This document shows, piece after piece, positions 59,693 through 64,000 of a stretch of DNA of 64,000 bases (positions are counted from its first letter, which is position 1; the number at the start of each line of letters is the position of its first letter). The position numbers and the translations under genes were made by a program. Origin of the DNA: Bugula neritina. Taxonomy: Eukaryota > Animalia > Bryozoa. The DNA lies in contig OZ037772.1 in NCBI GenBank assembly GCA_964035545.1, positions 2,542,001-2,606,000 on the forward strand, read 5' to 3'. The notes under the pieces were generated by a model. The model saw only the letters and a program-made list of their open reading frames with translations, ran no database searches and had not been told where the DNA came from.

Positions 59693-61014
59693 ATATAATG
59701 TAGTGTGTTCAGATTGTTAATGATACATATATATTTTATTTAAAAAATCTTACACGACTATATAGTTTCGTGCAGTAAACTGCACTCCTCAGGTGTTAGA
59801 CTAAAAATAAATAAAATCTATGAAGCATACCGATTATTCAAATTTTTACATAAAGAAAATTATCATGCTAAACACAACGTAAAACGAAATGCAAACATAG
59901 TAGTGGATTTGGTGTTATCTATTAATTAATTAAATTAATTAACTTGCTCTTTTTCTAAAGGATTAAACTATAAAAGCTAGATGTTTGATGGAAAGGCTAA
60001 TTTATAATAGGTAGTACTATGGTTGAGAGTTGTTAGTATTGTTATGTGATGTTGCCCAGGTAGTGCTTACGTGCATGTCTGCATGTGGATAGAATTTCAT
60101 TTCTGTTAAGGGAAGATTTGCTGGGCTGGTATATTATGAAATATTTTTCCCATAGGCAGAGGTTGCATCTTTTAGTGACTTTGTTGTATGAGTTGGTCTT
60201 TTTCATAATTTTCCATGTTATGTCAAAATGGGTGTTCTTGTCTTTTAGTTTCCAGATATATTTGCTCAATTCAGTATGGTTCTTTTTGTTTTGTTGTTAA
60301 AAGTTGATTTGTGGTTATAAAATCTGGTTTTGAATTCTGTTTCTGATGTTCCCACGTAAGTCTGGGGTTGGCTGCCATCTTTGGTTGTAACTGTAGCTTG
60401 GTATATGATGCACTTTGTGAGGCATTTTCCATCTAGTGGGCACACTGTGCTGTTTCTGCAGTTACATTCTCGAGGAGGTTGGTTTGCTGGGTTGAGTAAT
60501 CTTTTATTGTGGCTGTTGATTATGTTGTTTAAATTTCTGCAGCAGCTGTAACTGAGTTTTATGTTGTTTTTGTTGAAAATTTTGTAGAGTTTGTGGTCTT
60601 TGGGTATTTCTTCCTCCAGAATTTAAAAAAATTGTTTTCCCAGGTTGCTTGATACACTTTTGGAGAATGGGGGGTTATACCATGTGATGTTTCTTCGTCT
60701 TTCTCTTTTTGGTCTGCTAGTGGTGTGTGTTGGCTGGAATGTTAGGTTATGTGTGTATCCACTTTTACTTAGAGCTTCTTGGTGTATTTTTGTTGTTTGA
60801 CTGAAGACTTCTTCGTTAGATGAGAGATTGGAGAGCCTGTTGTTTATGGCTTGTGGGATGTTTCTTGTGATATGGGGTGGATGGTTGGATTTGAAGTTTA
60901 CATATAGGATTTCGCTGTTAGGTTTTACATGGGGTTTACTGCACGAAACTATATAGTCGTGTAAGATTTTTTAAATAAAATATATATGTATCATTAACAA
61001 TCTGAACACACTAC

Positions 61015-61021
<7 letters not shown>
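59693..61021 (-). mobile_element. Penelope-like element, 5'-truncated (RT thumb end, Cys linker, GIY-YIG endonuclease; frameshifted) with inverted pLTR ends
   Basis: KPNSEILYVNFKSNHPP, CNCRNSTVCPLDGKC, IIYQAT...YVGTSETEFKTRFYNH, LSKYIWKLK...CNLCLWEK; ~88-bp inverted repeat at 59693-59780 / 60934-61021. Confidence 0.88.
59748..59800 (-). ncRNA. Minimal type I hammerhead ribozyme in the Penelope pLTR
   Basis: Minus strand: ACAC-CUGAGGA-GUGCAG(UUUA)CUGCAC-GAAA-CUAUAUAG-UC-GUGU; intact core with palindromic stem III. Confidence 0.85.
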
Positions 61022-61066
<45 letters not shown>

Positions 61067-61331
61067 TTATCCTTATGCAGCCCAGAGAGAAACTCAGTCA
61101 TCATGAACTTCAATGTAAATAATTTTAATATAAAATAATACATATTATGATATAATATAATATTATATTACTCTTTCGGGATAATTATTCTATTTATACT
61201 AACACCTGTTTATTTGAAGTACTTTAATAAGTTTTACTTTAAATTTATTTCTCAAACTAGCATGTCAGTTAAATATAAAAGTACAATCACACATACAACA
61301 TGTAGACATGCAGTGATATACATTATAAAGC

Positions 61332-63105
61332 ATATTATGTTGGTGAAACGTTATACAGTATATTATGCTATACAGTATATTATGCTATACAGTATAGTAT
61401 GTTATACAGTATATTATGTTATACAGTATATTATGTTATACAGTATTTTATTTTATACAGTATACTATGTTATACAGTATACTATGTTATACAGTATATT
61501 ATGTTATACAGTATACTATGTTATACAGTATATTATGTTATACAGTATAATATGTTATACAGTGTATTATGTTATACAGTATACTATGTTATACAGTATA
61601 TTATGTCATACAGTATATTATGTTATACAGTATACTCTGTTATACAGTCAACTATGTTATACAGTATACTATGTTATACAGTATATTATGTTATACAGTA
61701 TACTATGTCATACAGTATACTATGTTTTACAGTATATTATGTTATACAGTATATTGTGTTATACAGTATACTATGTTATACAGTATATTATGTTATACAG
61801 TATATTATGCTATACAGTATATTATGTTATACAGTATACTATATTATACAGTATACTATGTTATACAGTATATTATGTTATACAGTATACTATGTTATAC
61901 AGTATATTATGTTATACAGTATATTGTGTTATACAGTATACTATGTTATACAGTATACTATGTTATACAGTATATTATGTTATACAGTATATTGTGTTAT
62001 ACAGTATATTATGTCATACAGTATATGCTATGTTATACGGTATATTATGTTATACAGTATATTATGTTATACAGTATACTACGTTATACAGTATATTATG
62101 TTATACAGTATACTATGTTATACAGTATACTATGTTATACAGTATACTATGTTATACAGTATATTATGTTATACAGTATATTGTGTTATACAGTATATTA
62201 TGTCATACAGTATATGCTATGTTATACGGTATATTATGTTATACGGTATATTATGTTATACAGTATATTATGTTATACAGTATACTATGTTATACAGTAT
62301 ACTATGTTATACAGTATACTATGTTATACAGTATACTATGTTATACAGTATATTATGTTATACAGTATATTGTGTTATACAATATATTATGTTATACAGT
62401 ATACTATGTTATACAGTATACTATGTTATACAGTATATTATGTTATACAGTATATTATGCTATACAGTATACTATGTTATACAGTATATTATGTTATACA
62501 GTATACTATGTTATACAGTATACTATGTCATACAGTATACTATGTTATACAGTATACTATGTTATACAGTATATTATGTTATACAGTATACTATGTTATA
62601 CAGTATACTATGTTATACAGTATACTATGTTATACAGTATATTATGTTATGCAGTATACTATGTTATACAGTATATTATGTTATGCAGTATATATTATGT
62701 TATACAGTATACTATGTTATACAGTATACTATGTTATACAGTATACTATGTTATACAGTATACTATGTTATACAGTATACTATGTTATACAGTATATTAT
62801 GTTATGCAGTATATTATGTTATACAGTATATTATGTTATACAGTATATTATGTTATACATTATATTGTGTTATACAGTATACTATGTTATACAGTATATT
62901 ATGTTATACAGTATACTATGTTATACAGTATATTATGTCATACAGTATACTATGTTATACAGTATATTATGTTATACAGTATACTATGCTATACAATATA
63001 TTATGTCATACAGTATATGCTATGTTATACAGTATATTATGTTATACAGTATATTATGTTATACAGTATACTATGTTTTACAGTATATTTTGTCATACAG
63101 TATAC
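61332..63105 (-). repeat. 17-bp satellite array, reverse complement of the 12151-14363 array
   Basis: Unit CTATGTTATACAGTATA in tandem over about 1.8 kb. Confidence 0.98.
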
Positions 63106-64000
63106 AATCATTCACCACCATGTCAGTCAAATAATATAATATAAAGTATATTATGTAGCAACAGCTGGGCTGTGGTGAAACTCTACCAGTCTAAATGCTT
63201 ACATGCAGACATGCATATTTAATTAATTCAAACATTTTAAAAATGAACTTAAAACTCAAGAATTTAAAATATGAAACAAAATAATGTGTCCTATAAAAAT
63301 AGCACTAGATTTTAGAAGCAAGTATTTTACACTTGAACATGCAGAATTTGTACAGCTTATAATGATGACATTGTTGAATTGATACACACCTCTGATTGGA
63401 TGGGTTTTACATAATAAAACAATCGTTCATCACTTTTATTATTAGTCTAAGGTTGACAATAATTTACACTGTTATAGTTATTGGTTGTAAACTGATTAAT
63501 TCATCATTAAGTACTTGTTTGCTGCTGCCTGGTTTATCACTGCTCATCATGATTTTAATAACAAGGAAATTATCTTCTCCTGTTGTCTCCAGGTGCTACT
63601 GTATTTGACAGGTTTCCCTGTTAATAAAGTAATTTTATACTGTTACTGATGACATCAACAAATACTTGTGTAGGGAAACAATTGACCTTTTTCTACAACA
63701 GGAAAAGAATTGGTAAGACACGTACTAATAATATTACATACTTTATTTCATCAATTCACTTATCCTTAATCTAATTGATCAAAAGCTATTTGCATGTAGG
63801 CTATTTTATAAATTGTTCTTAAAACTAATTTGAGTGTACCTATACAATACTAGGTTTATATGACTGTAGTATATTGCTGAGTGCACATAGGCAGTGTCAA
63901 TAATTATAGTTACTGTAGACTTTGCTCTTAGTGATCTGGTTGGAATAATTTACAGTCCAGTTCTTCGTGATGGAAAATTTTTATCTGCGGAGCAACTCTA

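Noticed and set aside
61214-63144. 521-641 aa ORFs in all three plus frames
   Set aside because: Same satellite in reverse orientation; not coding.

Overview
AT-rich animal (invertebrate-like) genomic DNA with spliceosomal genes and dense repeats. Left part: a multi-exon TRIM gene (RING, two B-boxes, coiled coil, NHL-like propeller; minus strand) whose introns hold solo LTRs and MITEs, then a 17-bp satellite array. Next are a tandemly duplicated, decayed short collagen gene with a COLFI C-terminus, a decayed NRF-6-like gene, and CR1-like LINEs (one near full length). At 39.4-55.9 kb there is a nest of three young, co-oriented LTR retrotransposons. B is a full-length Ty3/Gypsy element, A is its non-autonomous relative, and C is a pol-less element with Gag plus a second zinc-knuckle ORF. 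The right end carries an inverted, deleted copy of the collagen/COLFI locus, a Penelope-like fragment with a hammerhead ribozyme, and the same 17-bp satellite inverted. Best candidate for an undescribed system: elements A and B carry, after pol, a sense-strand intron-containing accessory gene (zinc fingers, Arg/Ser-Pro tract, coiled coil). Its micro-exon, splice sites, an alternative phase-matched donor in gag, and a long intronic stem-loop are all conserved between the two diverged elements, which resembles the organisation of complex retroviruses. All coordinates were read by eye and may be off by a few bases.
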